Origin: Hyalangium minutum
GTDB lineage: Bacteria; Myxococcota; Myxococcia; Myxococcales; Myxococcaceae
NCBI RefSeq assembly: GCF_000737315.1
Contig: NZ_JMCB01000034.1
Location: 62,001 to 126,000 of the forward strand
Reading direction: 5' to 3'
DNA: 64,000 nucleotides
Positions 40,793-51,163 of the stretch are shown piece by piece (the first letter of the stretch is position 1; every line of letters begins with the position of its first letter). The position numbers and the translations under genes were made by a program. Under the pieces are notes generated by a model that searched no databases, had not been told where the DNA came from, and worked only from the letters and a program-made list of their open reading frames with translations.

Positions 40793-40844
40793 TGGTCACA
40801 GCAGTAGCCAGGCCCAGGGCAGGCCCTGATCACAGCTGTTATCA
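40793..40844. promoter_or_regulatory. Pair of palindromic upstream boxes (putative bEBP sites)
   Basis: TGGTCAC-AGCA-GTAGCCA (40793-40810) and TGATCAC-AGCT-GTTATCA (40827-40844). Confidence 0.45.
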
Positions 40845-40872
40845 GGCGGGCCCGCCGCACCCGAGCGCGGCC

Positions 40873-42400
40873 TCAGTACTGGCCCTTCAGCGTGGTGGTG
40901 TAGCTGGTGAAGGCGCGGAGTTGGACGAACCAGGTACCCGGAAGCGGGTTGGGCAGGGTGCACGTCTCGTTGTTGCCCTTGCGCAGGGGCCGACACTGGT
41001 AGGCGTACGTCTCTGGCAGCTGGCCATAGCGGACGTAGAGGTCCGCGTCTCCCGTGCCTCCGGAGAGGGTGAAGACCACCGAGGGCCGCCCGGCCGGGAC
41101 CTCCAGCTTGAAGTTCTTCTGGCCGCCGGTGATGTCGGACACACTTGTTGCCACCCCGTTGGCAATGGGCGTGGCCTGGGGGCGCTTGTACAGCAACCGG
41201 TTGGGCGAGGTCGTGTCAAAGACATCCAGCTGCACCTGATCCACGCTCGCATCGGCGATCAAGCGAGCAGGGATGCCGGCGGGCAAGACGCCCTGGGACA
41301 GAAGGATGGCCGCCAAGCCGCTCACGTGAGGTGTGGCGAACGAGGTCCCCTCGACGTTCGTCCAGGCCTCGTCACTGAACATCGCCGCGGATTTGATGTT
41401 CGCACCGGGAGCCCAGAGGTCCAGACATTCTCCAAAGTTGGATCCATTGAAGCCGCTCGACCAGCGCGTCTGCGCCTCGTCGATCGCGCCCACGGTCAAG
41501 ATGCGCTCCCGGAACGGGTGGGTGGCGTCCGGCTGGAGACGGGCCGGCGAGCAGGTGCAGGCGTTCAGGCCGGCATTCCCCGCTGCGACCACCAGGACGA
41601 GCCCGGGATTGCTCGCCATGACATCCGCGGCCGCATCGAGCGGTGCGAACGGGCTCGTGGTGGTGAAGCTCAGGTTGACGATGGCCGGCGTGACGGCGTT
41701 GTTCGCCACCCACTCCATCGCTTGCACCAGCCCATCAACCGTCGCCTCGCCCAACTGGTTGAACGCCTTGACCGAGTTCAAACGGACCTTCTTGGCGACA
41801 CCGTACGTCTTGCCTCCAATGATCCCCGCCACGGCGGTACCATGCCCGGAGAAGTCATCCCCGAACTCCGTGGTGTTGTTGAACGCGACCTGGGCGCGCC
41901 CTTCGAACTCCGAGTGCGATGCCCGGATGCCCGTGTCGATGATGTAGACGTTGACGCCCGTCGCGTCTTCGGCCTGGTAGCTGTTGCTCAGCGGCAGCCG
42001 CTCCTGGTCGATCCGATCCAGGTTCCAAGGCGCTGGAGACTGGACGCCCGACACCCTGACGATGCCGTTCTCCTGGACGTACTCCACCTGGGGATCCTCG
42101 GCCAGCGCCCGAGCCTGCTCCTCGTTGGCGGAGATGAGGAAGCCGCGAAAGGCGGTCTCGTGGGTGGTGAGGACACGTGCGCCGTACGGCTTGGCCAGCG
42201 CATCTGCCCTCAGCGCCATGCTCATCAGACCCCGTGCGGGCTTCTCCTTGAGGACGACGAGGTACTCGCCCTTCACGGGCTCCGGGGACCTCACCAGCTT
42301 GCCCTGCTCCGGCACCCGAGGTGGCGCAGCGAGCGCCCCCATCGAGGTCAGGACGAGACACGCGGTGATCAACCTGCTCCAGCTCTTCATGCTTGGCATC
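40873..42400 (-). CDS. Secreted S8 subtilisin-like serine protease (I9 propeptide, C-terminal PPC domain)
   Basis: IIDTG, GHGTAVAG, GTSFATPHV triad; PPC 'LSGGTGDADLYVRYG...GTWFVQL'. Confidence 0.95.
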
Positions 42401-42424
42401 TGTTCTCTCTTTTCAATCATTGGG

Positions 42425-43213
42425 TCAGGGAGCTGCGGCACGGCGCACCTGTGCTTGAAGGCTCAGCTCCTGCTCCTTCACGAGCCGGCGCTGGTTGTGC
42501 GCAGCGATGTACTGCAACAGCTTCTCGAGCGAGGTCCCCTTCGCGGCTTCGACCAGGGCACGAGCTCTCTCGGGCTCTTGATCCGCGAAGATCTCGTAGA
42601 GCTCCATTCGGGTCGCGGCCATCGAGCGCCTGGCGCTCAATGACAGCTCCGGGCTGAAGGAGTCCGCCAGGATGATGCCTTCGACGGTGGACACCCACTG
42701 CTCGCGAGCGGGGTTCTGTCTCCAGGCCAATGCCTCGCGCAGGTAGTCGATCCGCATCAGGCGCTTGATGCTGGACTCCAGGGACTCCTCGGCTTCTGTC
42801 GAGGAGCCCAGCGTCCGGCGCAGCTGCTCATACATCCGCGTGTCGGCGAGCAGCGCCTCGTAGTCCTTCCGTCCATTGGAATCGAGGAGGATGTGCTCGC
42901 GGAAGTAATCGAACCGCGCCAGCTCCGGCTCCGTCTTGAAGAGCTTCGCCTTCATCACGTCGGTCGCCGTGGTGAACTCGCCGTGCTCCCCTTCCTCTCC
43001 TGGAACCTCCTCGGGCGCCGCGAGCAGGGCGGGGGGAGGAGGCACGGCGGGCCGCTCCGGCACCGCGACACGAGCCGGTGCCGGAGGAGTGTTCTCCCCC
43101 CTCACCGGGGCAGCCCTGATGAAGGCGGAGTCCTCTGGGCTGTCCAGCGCCGCGACGATGAACGCCAGCGCCACGAGCCCCGCAATGACAAACAGATACC
43201 GGCTGATCTTCAT
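42425..43213 (-). CDS. Membrane-anchored helical hypothetical protein
   Basis: N-terminal TM, Pro-rich linker, helical domain; 21-24 nt gaps to both neighbours on the same strand. Confidence 0.75.
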   Translation of the reverse strand: MKISRYLFVIAGLVALAFIVAALDSPEDSAFIRAAPVRGENTPPAPARVAVPERPAVPPPPALLAAPEEVPGEEGEHGEFTTATDVMKAKLFKTEPELARFDYFREHILLDSNGRKDYEALLADTRMYEQLRRTLGSSTEAEESLESSIKRLMRIDYLREALAWRQNPAREQWVSTVEGIILADSFSPELSLSARRSMAATRMELYEIFADQEPERARALVEAAKGTSLEKLLQYIAAHNQRRLVKEQELSLQAQVRRAAAP

Positions 43214-43234
43214 GGGATCTCGGCCTACGTCTGG

Positions 43235-44329
43235 CTAAGGGATGACGTCGGTGGGCACGCCATAGAGGATGATGCGGTTGATGTAGCGCACCTCGTCGTT
43301 CTGGAACCGCACGGAGCCCACCAGATAGCCCTGAGCCACGAGGATGTTGGACACCAGATCCGTCGACACTGGCGCGATGTTGTAGACCTTCCCGAAGTAG
43401 GTGGTCCTCTGAATGTCCACGATGGGATCCAGGGTGCCATCCGCCTTCACCAGCTCGTCGCCCACCTTGAGGGTCTGCGCCTGCACGATGCGGCCCTCGC
43501 CGTTGATGACAGGATGCTCGAGGGTGATGCTGAGCCGGCCGCCAGACTGGGTGGTGATGATGCAGAGCTTCTGCTCCGCATCGCGGAGCTCTCGCGTGTA
43601 GCTATAGGTGCTGTTCTGGTGCAGCCGCAGGTTGTCGAGCGTGGAGTCCGGGGTCAGCGTGATCAGGTCATCGCGCAGTGAGTTCATCGCGTCGAGGATG
43701 GGCACCTCTCCGCTGGAGAAGAGGATCTTCTGCTCGGGGGTGTAGCAAGCCGCCTCGCAGTAGCCGTTCACATGGGAGGGAGTGAAGACCGGCTGGGTGC
43801 TCTCCTTATCGAGATAGAACATGCAGTCCTCGAGATTTTTGTGAGGGAAGAGCTGGATGTTGTCCTCGGAGGTGATGTCCGACGAGGTGCTGAAGGTGGG
43901 GTAGAGCTGACGCCCCTTCCTCCGCCACGAGTCCCGCGACCACTGGAAGTAACCGTTGAGATCCGTCGTCTGGTAGGTGGGGCCCGACAGGTACAGGGCC
44001 ATCATGGCGGAGGTGTTCATCTTGAAGAGGTAGTCCGGGCCCGTGAACGCGCCCTCACCCTCCGGGTTCTTCTCCGGATCGGCCTCCAGATAGTCCTTCA
44101 GCGTCCCGCCCCCCGCGGCAGCCTGGCCCGTGTTGAAGAAGGCTGCCGGATCCCCGACGTTCTGGAGCGTCCCGCACTTGCGAGCCCACTCGACTCGAGC
44201 CGCCGCCGCCGCATTCGTACTCAGGCTGTCGACAGTGCATCGAGCCGTGAGGATGGGCTGCGCGAGCACCTGCATCGGCAACAGCGCCCCCACCGCCAAG
44301 GCGATGGCACCCCAGATTCTATTGAACAT
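43235..44329 (-). CDS. Secreted protein with C-terminal Hint autoprocessing domain
   Basis: Signal peptide; Hint block A C195-YTPEQKI, block B 'SITLEHPV', 'LKVGDELV', block F 'KVYNI...NILVAQGYLVGS'; 25-aa tail. Confidence 0.88.
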   Translation of the reverse strand: MFNRIWGAIALAVGALLPMQVLAQPILTARCTVDSLSTNAAAAARVEWARKCGTLQNVGDPAAFFNTGQAAAGGGTLKDYLEADPEKNPEGEGAFTGPDYLFKMNTSAMMALYLSGPTYQTTDLNGYFQWSRDSWRRKGRQLYPTFSTSSDITSEDNIQLFPHKNLEDCMFYLDKESTQPVFTPSHVNGYCEAACYTPEQKILFSSGEVPILDAMNSLRDDLITLTPDSTLDNLRLHQNSTYSYTRELRDAEQKLCIITTQSGGRLSITLEHPVINGEGRIVQAQTLKVGDELVKADGTLDPIVDIQRTTYFGKVYNIAPVSTDLVSNILVAQGYLVGSVRFQNDEVRYINRIILYGVPTDVIP

Positions 44330-44389
44330 TCAAACCCTCGCTTGTTCGTGCCGCACCATGCGGCACGGGAATCAGTGACAGGCGCTCCG

Positions 44390-46444
44390 CTACGGAGAGG
44401 AGCGCGGAAGGGAGCCGCCAGTCGTGGGCATGGCGACGAAGCTCGCGGCCGCCTTCCGGAGATCCGGGTTCGGATCGTGCTCGCTGGCCCAGGCCAGCAG
44501 GGGCAGCGCCTCCGGCACGGCCGCGCGCTGCTCTCCGAGGAGGTGGATCACGTCGACCCGGACTCCGTTGGTGGGATCCATGCGCAGCGCCTGCGCCAGA
44601 GCGGGGAGCAGGGGCGCCAAGGGCCGGAAGCCGCTGGCGAAGACGGCGACCCGCCGGACCTCGGGGGCGGGATCCTTGAGCATGAACTCGGACAGGAGCT
44701 GGTCGGCGCGGGGATCCGGGATGACGCGCAGCGCCTCGAGGGCGGCCTGGCGAATCTGGGGATCCGCGGATCGGAGCGCATCCTCGAACGTGCTCAGCGC
44801 GTCCGGCGAGCGGGTGTTGCCCAGGGTCCGCAGCGCCAGCGCCTGCTGCTCCGCATTGGAGGCCGTGCTGTACTCGCTGTTGAGCTCGTGGACGAGGGCC
44901 TCCGTACCCTTCGCGTCCGTGTCGGAGAGCTGGAAGGCGGCATTGCCGAGCGCCAGCTTCGCCGTGTCCCGGAGCATCCCGTCCGCGTCGTTCCTCGCGC
45001 CACGCAGGGCGTCCAGGCCCTCGCGGGTGGGGTCCTTCGCCACTCCCAGCGCGGCCACCGCGTCCATGCGGATGTCCGTGGGAATGGACTGATCGCCGCA
45101 GACCTCCGCCAGGGACTGGATGGCCTCGCGGGTGCTGGCCGCGGAGAGCGCGCCGAGCATGGGGCTGGCAGCGATCGGATCCATCCCCGCGCGAATGATG
45201 CCGGGGACCTTGAGGGCCTCGGAGGGGTGGAGCATGAAGAGGGCGCGGAGCTGCTCCAAGGCCTGGGTGCGGGCATCATCCTTGGCCTGGGGATCTTCCG
45301 GGAGCGAGCGCAGCTCCTTGACCAGGGTGTCGAAGTCCTTGCCCTTCAGCACCTGGCGGTACTGCTCCATCGGGTCCTGCTCCATGCCCTGGAAGGCCGC
45401 CATGGAGGCGGTGCTCAGAGAGGCCCGGCGCGCCATGAAAGTGCCGATCAGCGTCGGATCCGGGCGGCGCTCCAGCAGGCTCAGGCTCAGGGACGACTCA
45501 TACGTGGTGGGAGGCATGGCCTGGCCCGCCTCCATCTCCACCCGCTCCCGCCCCTCGAGCGAGCGCGCCCAGAGATCGCGCTCCAGCTCGAAGGTGCTCG
45601 AGGCGCTCACGGTGATGTGGATCTGGCCAGTCAGAGGCTCGAGCCCCAACGGGGACGCCACGTGGGAGTAGGACTCCTTGCGCTTCTCGAAGCGGCCGGA
45701 GGCCAGGCGCTGATACACGGCATGGTAGCGGCCCGTGGTGTCGTACTCCTCGGCGCTCCAGGTGGCGCCCGGCACACCAGCCACGACGAACTGCGAACTC
45801 GCCACGACTCCCCGGAGGATGTTTCGCACGAGCGGATCCGTCGCCTGCTCGAAGTGCGTGAACGTCGCCAGACCGGTCTTGTCGTACGTGAGGAAGAAGG
45901 GAAGCTGAAGGGCTGCGGACAGGCTGCGCTGGACGTCGGGGGCCAGGGGGCCCGCGCCGCCAACGTCCACCGTCAGCGAGGAGAGCTTGATGTTCACCCG
46001 GGCATCGACGCGCTCGGCGTCGACAGAGACGACACCCACGTTCCACTCGCCCCGGAGGTTGAACCTCATCGAGGGCAGCGCCTGCGCGCCAGGCTGTGCC
46101 GGGCGAAAGGTGAGCTTCTGATCAGCGCTCAGGGAGTACCGGTAGAGCATCCCAGGGGTCCACGCGCGAGTTCCCGTGGAGGGCTTGGAGGACACGGCCG
46201 GGGCCGGCGCCGACGGGCCTCCGGCCGAAGGGGCTGCAGCCTGAGAGGACTGCGATTCCTGGGAGGGAGCCTCCGCAGAGGACGGGGACGCAAGCGCCCA
46301 CAGCCCCAGGAGACTGACAGCCAGGAGCGCGAGCGTCACCCCGAAGAGGACGCGTGCGCGCTGACCCGCCAGGAGGCCTCCTGGGGTCGACGCCTGTCCC
46401 ACGACAGCGATTGGCTTGCTGCTCACGTTGCCCGACTTCCGCAT
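44390..46444 (-). CDS. HEAT-repeat protein with vitellogenin/MTP-like N-terminal beta module
   Basis: 'LPFFLTYDKTG...RNILRGVVASSQF...EEYDTTGRYHAVY' then alpha-helical repeats incl. 'ALRTLGNTRSP'; N-terminal TM/signal. Start 46444 or 46588. Confidence 0.75.
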   Translation of the reverse strand: MRKSGNVSSKPIAVVGQASTPGGLLAGQRARVLFGVTLALLAVSLLGLWALASPSSAEAPSQESQSSQAAAPSAGGPSAPAPAVSSKPSTGTRAWTPGMLYRYSLSADQKLTFRPAQPGAQALPSMRFNLRGEWNVGVVSVDAERVDARVNIKLSSLTVDVGGAGPLAPDVQRSLSAALQLPFFLTYDKTGLATFTHFEQATDPLVRNILRGVVASSQFVVAGVPGATWSAEEYDTTGRYHAVYQRLASGRFEKRKESYSHVASPLGLEPLTGQIHITVSASSTFELERDLWARSLEGRERVEMEAGQAMPPTTYESSLSLSLLERRPDPTLIGTFMARRASLSTASMAAFQGMEQDPMEQYRQVLKGKDFDTLVKELRSLPEDPQAKDDARTQALEQLRALFMLHPSEALKVPGIIRAGMDPIAASPMLGALSAASTREAIQSLAEVCGDQSIPTDIRMDAVAALGVAKDPTREGLDALRGARNDADGMLRDTAKLALGNAAFQLSDTDAKGTEALVHELNSEYSTASNAEQQALALRTLGNTRSPDALSTFEDALRSADPQIRQAALEALRVIPDPRADQLLSEFMLKDPAPEVRRVAVFASGFRPLAPLLPALAQALRMDPTNGVRVDVIHLLGEQRAAVPEALPLLAWASEHDPNPDLRKAAASFVAMPTTGGSLPRSSP

Positions 46445-46606
46445 GGGGGTGCTCCGAGTTGGCGGCTCTTGCCGCTTCAGTTTCAGTTCTGGTTTAGAGG
46501 GCGGGTGCCGCATCCTCAGCCGATCGCTCGACCGAGGAGACAGCACCCGGTTCATCCCGCCTGGCGACAGCCAATGCCTCTCGGGCACGGCCGTCGCGTG
46601 GCGGTA

Positions 46607-47791
46607 TCAGCCGCAGCCCAGGCTCGACATGGTGCCGCTGGAGTTGGCCAGGTTGAGGACCTTGGAGATGCCGGGCCAGTTGGCGATGGTGACGTTCCAG
46701 GTCTTCTTGAAGAAGAGGAAGTTGACCTTCACGAAGGCCTGCAGCGAGCCCTTGAGCGCGCTCAGGTTGAGGTCAGCCTTGAGGGACCAACTGGGCGAGC
46801 AGAGGGTCCAGCCGAGGCTGGCCGCGGCCTGCGCGGTGGCGTTGATCAGGGACAGGGAGCCGGACACGCCGAAGCTGGCGATGGCGACGTTCACCGCAGC
46901 GGAGGCCACCACGTTGGCCCAGCCGCCGGCGTAGGAGGTGATCGCGGCCAGCGCGGGGCTCACCTGGCCGTTCAAGCCCATCTTCACGCCACCGGTCAGC
47001 TGCGACTTCACGGTGACCGGCACGGGGCCGACCATGAACGACTTGGAGACGGAGAAGAACGAGCGGCTCCAGTTGATGGGGGTGGGCGCGAAGGTCCCAG
47101 CGAGGTTGGCGCTCCAGATCTGCGAGCCCAGGGCGTACAGCGCGGCGGTGCCGCTGTTGCAGCCGCCCTGCTGCCCACAGACGTACGAGCGGCCGCGGAC
47201 CAGCTCTTTCTCCGTGTTGAAGGCGGTGCCAAAGAGCCGGCCCTCGGCGAGCGCCTCTTCCTTCTTCGCCACGGTGCCGTTCGCCGGCGTCGCGGTGACG
47301 GAGGTGTTGACGTTGTAGCCCGCACCGAAGATGGAGTTACCGAACCGCTCCGTGCGCTGGTAGTAGACACTGACGGGAGTGACCGCCATCTGCCCGATGA
47401 GCTTCAGCCCGGCCCCGGTCTGCGTCGGCGGCGTCTCGGACGGAGGCGGCACGTTCGGCGTGCTGGCCTCGGGGATGGTGGCCTGGAGGTAGTTCACGTT
47501 CCGCCGGCCATCGTTGATGTCGAGGAGAATGGGCGCGTTGAGCAGCTGCGCCTCGTTGTTGACGACCGCGTCCTGCTCGGGCGGCGTGTAGGTCGCGTTC
47601 GCGTCGAATGGGAGGACCTGCGTCTCCCAGGGGATCCTGTTGTCGAGCTGCGTGTTGGACGGGTAGATGGTGTACGGGTACTTCACGCTGTCGACGACAT
47701 AGGGATTCGGGTCCTGGTAATCCTGCGCGGACGCGACGGTTGCGACGGTGACTGCCACAAGCGCGAATGCGCGCGATACTGCCTTCATCAT
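46607..47791 (-). CDS. Secreted beta-rich hypothetical protein
   Basis: Signal peptide MMKAVSRAFALVAVTVATVASA-Q with GAGGGG RBS; alternating amphipathic strands in the C-terminal half. Confidence 0.8.
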   Translation of the reverse strand: MMKAVSRAFALVAVTVATVASAQDYQDPNPYVVDSVKYPYTIYPSNTQLDNRIPWETQVLPFDANATYTPPEQDAVVNNEAQLLNAPILLDINDGRRNVNYLQATIPEASTPNVPPPSETPPTQTGAGLKLIGQMAVTPVSVYYQRTERFGNSIFGAGYNVNTSVTATPANGTVAKKEEALAEGRLFGTAFNTEKELVRGRSYVCGQQGGCNSGTAALYALGSQIWSANLAGTFAPTPINWSRSFFSVSKSFMVGPVPVTVKSQLTGGVKMGLNGQVSPALAAITSYAGGWANVVASAAVNVAIASFGVSGSLSLINATAQAAASLGWTLCSPSWSLKADLNLSALKGSLQAFVKVNFLFFKKTWNVTIANWPGISKVLNLANSSGTMSSLGCG

Positions 47792-47830
47792 GTTGAGCCC
47801 CTCATTGCGTGGAACGGCTCGCAGCCCTGG

Positions 47831-47846
47831 TGCACGGGGCGAGCCA
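47831..47846 (-). promoter_or_regulatory. Candidate sigma54 -24/-12 promoter of the five-gene secreted operon
   Basis: Minus strand TGGCTCGCCCCGTGCA (2 mismatches to TGGCACG-N4-TTGCA); predicted +1 ~29 nt before ATG 47791. Confidence 0.55.
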
Positions 47847-47923
47847 CCCAAGAGGGGTTGGCCTTCTTTCATCGATCTACCGTGATTTCACGGGGTTACG
47901 GTTCTCCAGGGAATACAGGAATC

Positions 47924-47995
47924 CGGCAACAACCGTTATCACTGATAACTCACATGCCCTGGGAGTGGCTCGTGGCCTGGTAACGCGCGTTATCA
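47924..47995. promoter_or_regulatory. Palindromic upstream boxes (putative bEBP sites)
   Basis: CGGCAAC-AACC-GTTATCA (47924-47941), perfect GTTATCA-C-TGATAAC (47935-47949), TGGTAAC-GCGC-GTTATCA (47978-47995). Confidence 0.5.
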
Positions 47996-48099
47996 GGGTC
48001 GCTCGCGGAGCCGCTGCCCCGCTGAGGACGCGCTCGCGCCTGGGCGACTTGAGCCCCTGGGAGTATGAGCGGGGCGCCCTACCTGCTGAGCCGAGTTCG

Positions 48100-48206
48100 G
48101 GCTGGCGCTCGAAACGTAGGCTACCCGCTGCCCACGAGATCGAACATCTGGCCCACGCCCTTGGCGCGCGCCACTTCGTAGAGCGCTCGCGCCAGCGCCA
48201 CGTCCT
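48100..48206. repeat. 107-bp direct copy of 51489-51595 (ocd 3' end plus tip of convergent gene)
   Basis: Aligned by eye at offset 3389: one mismatch (48175 T vs 51564 C); joined directly to the truncated fumA. Confidence 0.92.
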
Positions 48207-49601
<1,395 letters not shown>

Positions 49602-49617
49602 GGTAGAACTCGCGGTC

Positions 49618-50589
49618 ATGGACCGCTCTCAGTTCCTTGGCTGCATCGTGGGGCTCGCTGTCGGGGACGCGCTTGGCTACCCCGCCGAGTTCCGGTCGCG
49701 GGCCCAGCTCCTTCGTGAGGTGGGCCCCCAGGGCATCACCGGGTTCCTCCGCCTGAAGGACCCGCGCTTCTCGCGGCCTTTCATGACGGGGCCGGATCAC
49801 CCGCCGGGCACCTTCACGGACGACACGCAGATGACGCTGGCGGTGGCTGAGGCGCTCCTGTCCCACGGCCGCGCGGGGCGAGACGCGCTGATGCAGGAAA
49901 TGGGGCGCCGCTTCGTGGAGTGGCACCGCTCGCCCGACAACAACCGGGCGCCGGGCGCTACCTGTGGCCGAGGCTGCGAGAACCTGGAGCAGGGTGTGCC
50001 CTGGCGGGAGGCGGGCGTTGCGAACAGCAAGGGCTGTGGCAGCGCGATGCGCGTGGCGCCCCTGGGCCTCTTCTATGAAGATCTGGACGAGGTGGAGTCC
50101 GTGGCTCGGGACTCCTCTCTGCCGACGCATGGGCATCCCTCGGCGCTGGAGTCCTCCGCCGCGGCCGCGCTGCTGGTGGCGCTGGCGCTGCGGGGCGAGC
50201 CCCCCGCTCGGATGTATGAGGAGGTCATGCGCCGCTGCGGGGGACGGAGCCCGGATTTCGACGCGTGCTTCTCGCGGGTGCCGGAGGTGCTGAACCGCCC
50301 TCCCGAAGAGGTGCTCACGAAGGCCGTGCTGGGCGAGGGCTGGGTGGCGGAGGAGGCCGTGGCCAGCGCCCTCTACTGCTTCTGGCGCCACCCGGACGAC
50401 TACCGGGCGGCTGTGCTGGAAGCGGTGAATACCGATGGTGATTCAGACAGCCTTGCGACCATTGCTGGCTCGATCAGCGGGGCGCGGCTGGGGTTGGGAG
50501 CGATCCCCTCGGAGTGGGCGCGGGGAGTGGAGCGCTCCGCGTACCTCCACGAGGTGGGCACCCGGCTCGCCGCAGCGCGCGGGCTGTAG
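49618..50589 (+). CDS. ADP-ribosylglycohydrolase (DraG/ARH family)
   Basis: GDALG, FTDDTQM, GCGSAMRVAP, GDSDSLATIAG. Confidence 0.93.
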   Translation: MDRSQFLGCIVGLAVGDALGYPAEFRSRAQLLREVGPQGITGFLRLKDPRFSRPFMTGPDHPPGTFTDDTQMTLAVAEALLSHGRAGRDALMQEMGRRFVEWHRSPDNNRAPGATCGRGCENLEQGVPWREAGVANSKGCGSAMRVAPLGLFYEDLDEVESVARDSSLPTHGHPSALESSAAAALLVALALRGEPPARMYEEVMRRCGGRSPDFDACFSRVPEVLNRPPEEVLTKAVLGEGWVAEEAVASALYCFWRHPDDYRAAVLEAVNTDGDSDSLATIAGSISGARLGLGAIPSEWARGVERSAYLHEVGTRLAAARGL

Positions 50590-50609
50590 CGCCCCTCGGG
50601 CTGGGAGGC

Positions 50610-51107
50610 TCAGCGCAGGAAGATGTCCACGTAGTCCGCGACATCCTCGCAGGGGTTTTCCATCTCCTTCATGCGCCAGTAGCGACGCTTGCCGGTGATG
50701 CGGAAGGTGAAACGGCCCTCGCGCGGGCAGGTCTTGCCTCCGGCGATGTGGTCCACCTGCGTCTCCACCTTGCCTACCAAGACGAACGACTTCGCGTCCA
50801 CGGCCTCAATGACGCCCTCCACCGTGACGTAGTTGCCCTTGGCGTCCTTCTGCGAGCCCTTGAGCTTCAGCAGGCCGTTCTCCTCGGTGACCTGGACCTC
50901 GCCGGCCTTTGCGTTCTCGAAGGTGATCCACTGCAGCGTCAGGAGGTGCTCGCCGAGGAGCTTCTCGCGAGCGCTGGCATCGTTGACCTGCGTCTTCGTG
51001 GGTGCGGCAGGAGCCTCGTCACCGGCCCAGGCCGGGGAGACGGAGAGCATCGCGAGCAGCAGGGTCAGGGCAGCCCGAGGAACGGACAGAACGGGAAGAG
51101 AGAGCAT
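50610..51107 (-). CDS. Secreted hypothetical protein
   Basis: Signal peptide (SPAWA-G), two Cys near the C-terminus, normal codon bias. Confidence 0.7.
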   Translation of the reverse strand: MLSLPVLSVPRAALTLLLAMLSVSPAWAGDEAPAAPTKTQVNDASAREKLLGEHLLTLQWITFENAKAGEVQVTEENGLLKLKGSQKDAKGNYVTVEGVIEAVDAKSFVLVGKVETQVDHIAGGKTCPREGRFTFRITGKRRYWRMKEMENPCEDVADYVDIFLR

Positions 51108-51163
51108 GCGACCGAGCATACTCTCGGTAGAGTCGGCGCATGTCTCCGCGTGCGCGCAAGACG

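Noticed and set aside
43235-44329. Canonical splicing intein or homing element
   Set aside because: No terminal His-Asn followed by Cys/Ser/Thr, no endonuclease domain, and no conserved host gene is interrupted.
47957-48064. 10-bp direct repeat CCCTGGGAGT as att site or target duplication
   Set aside because: Both copies lie inside the cargo about 100 bp apart and do not match either boundary.
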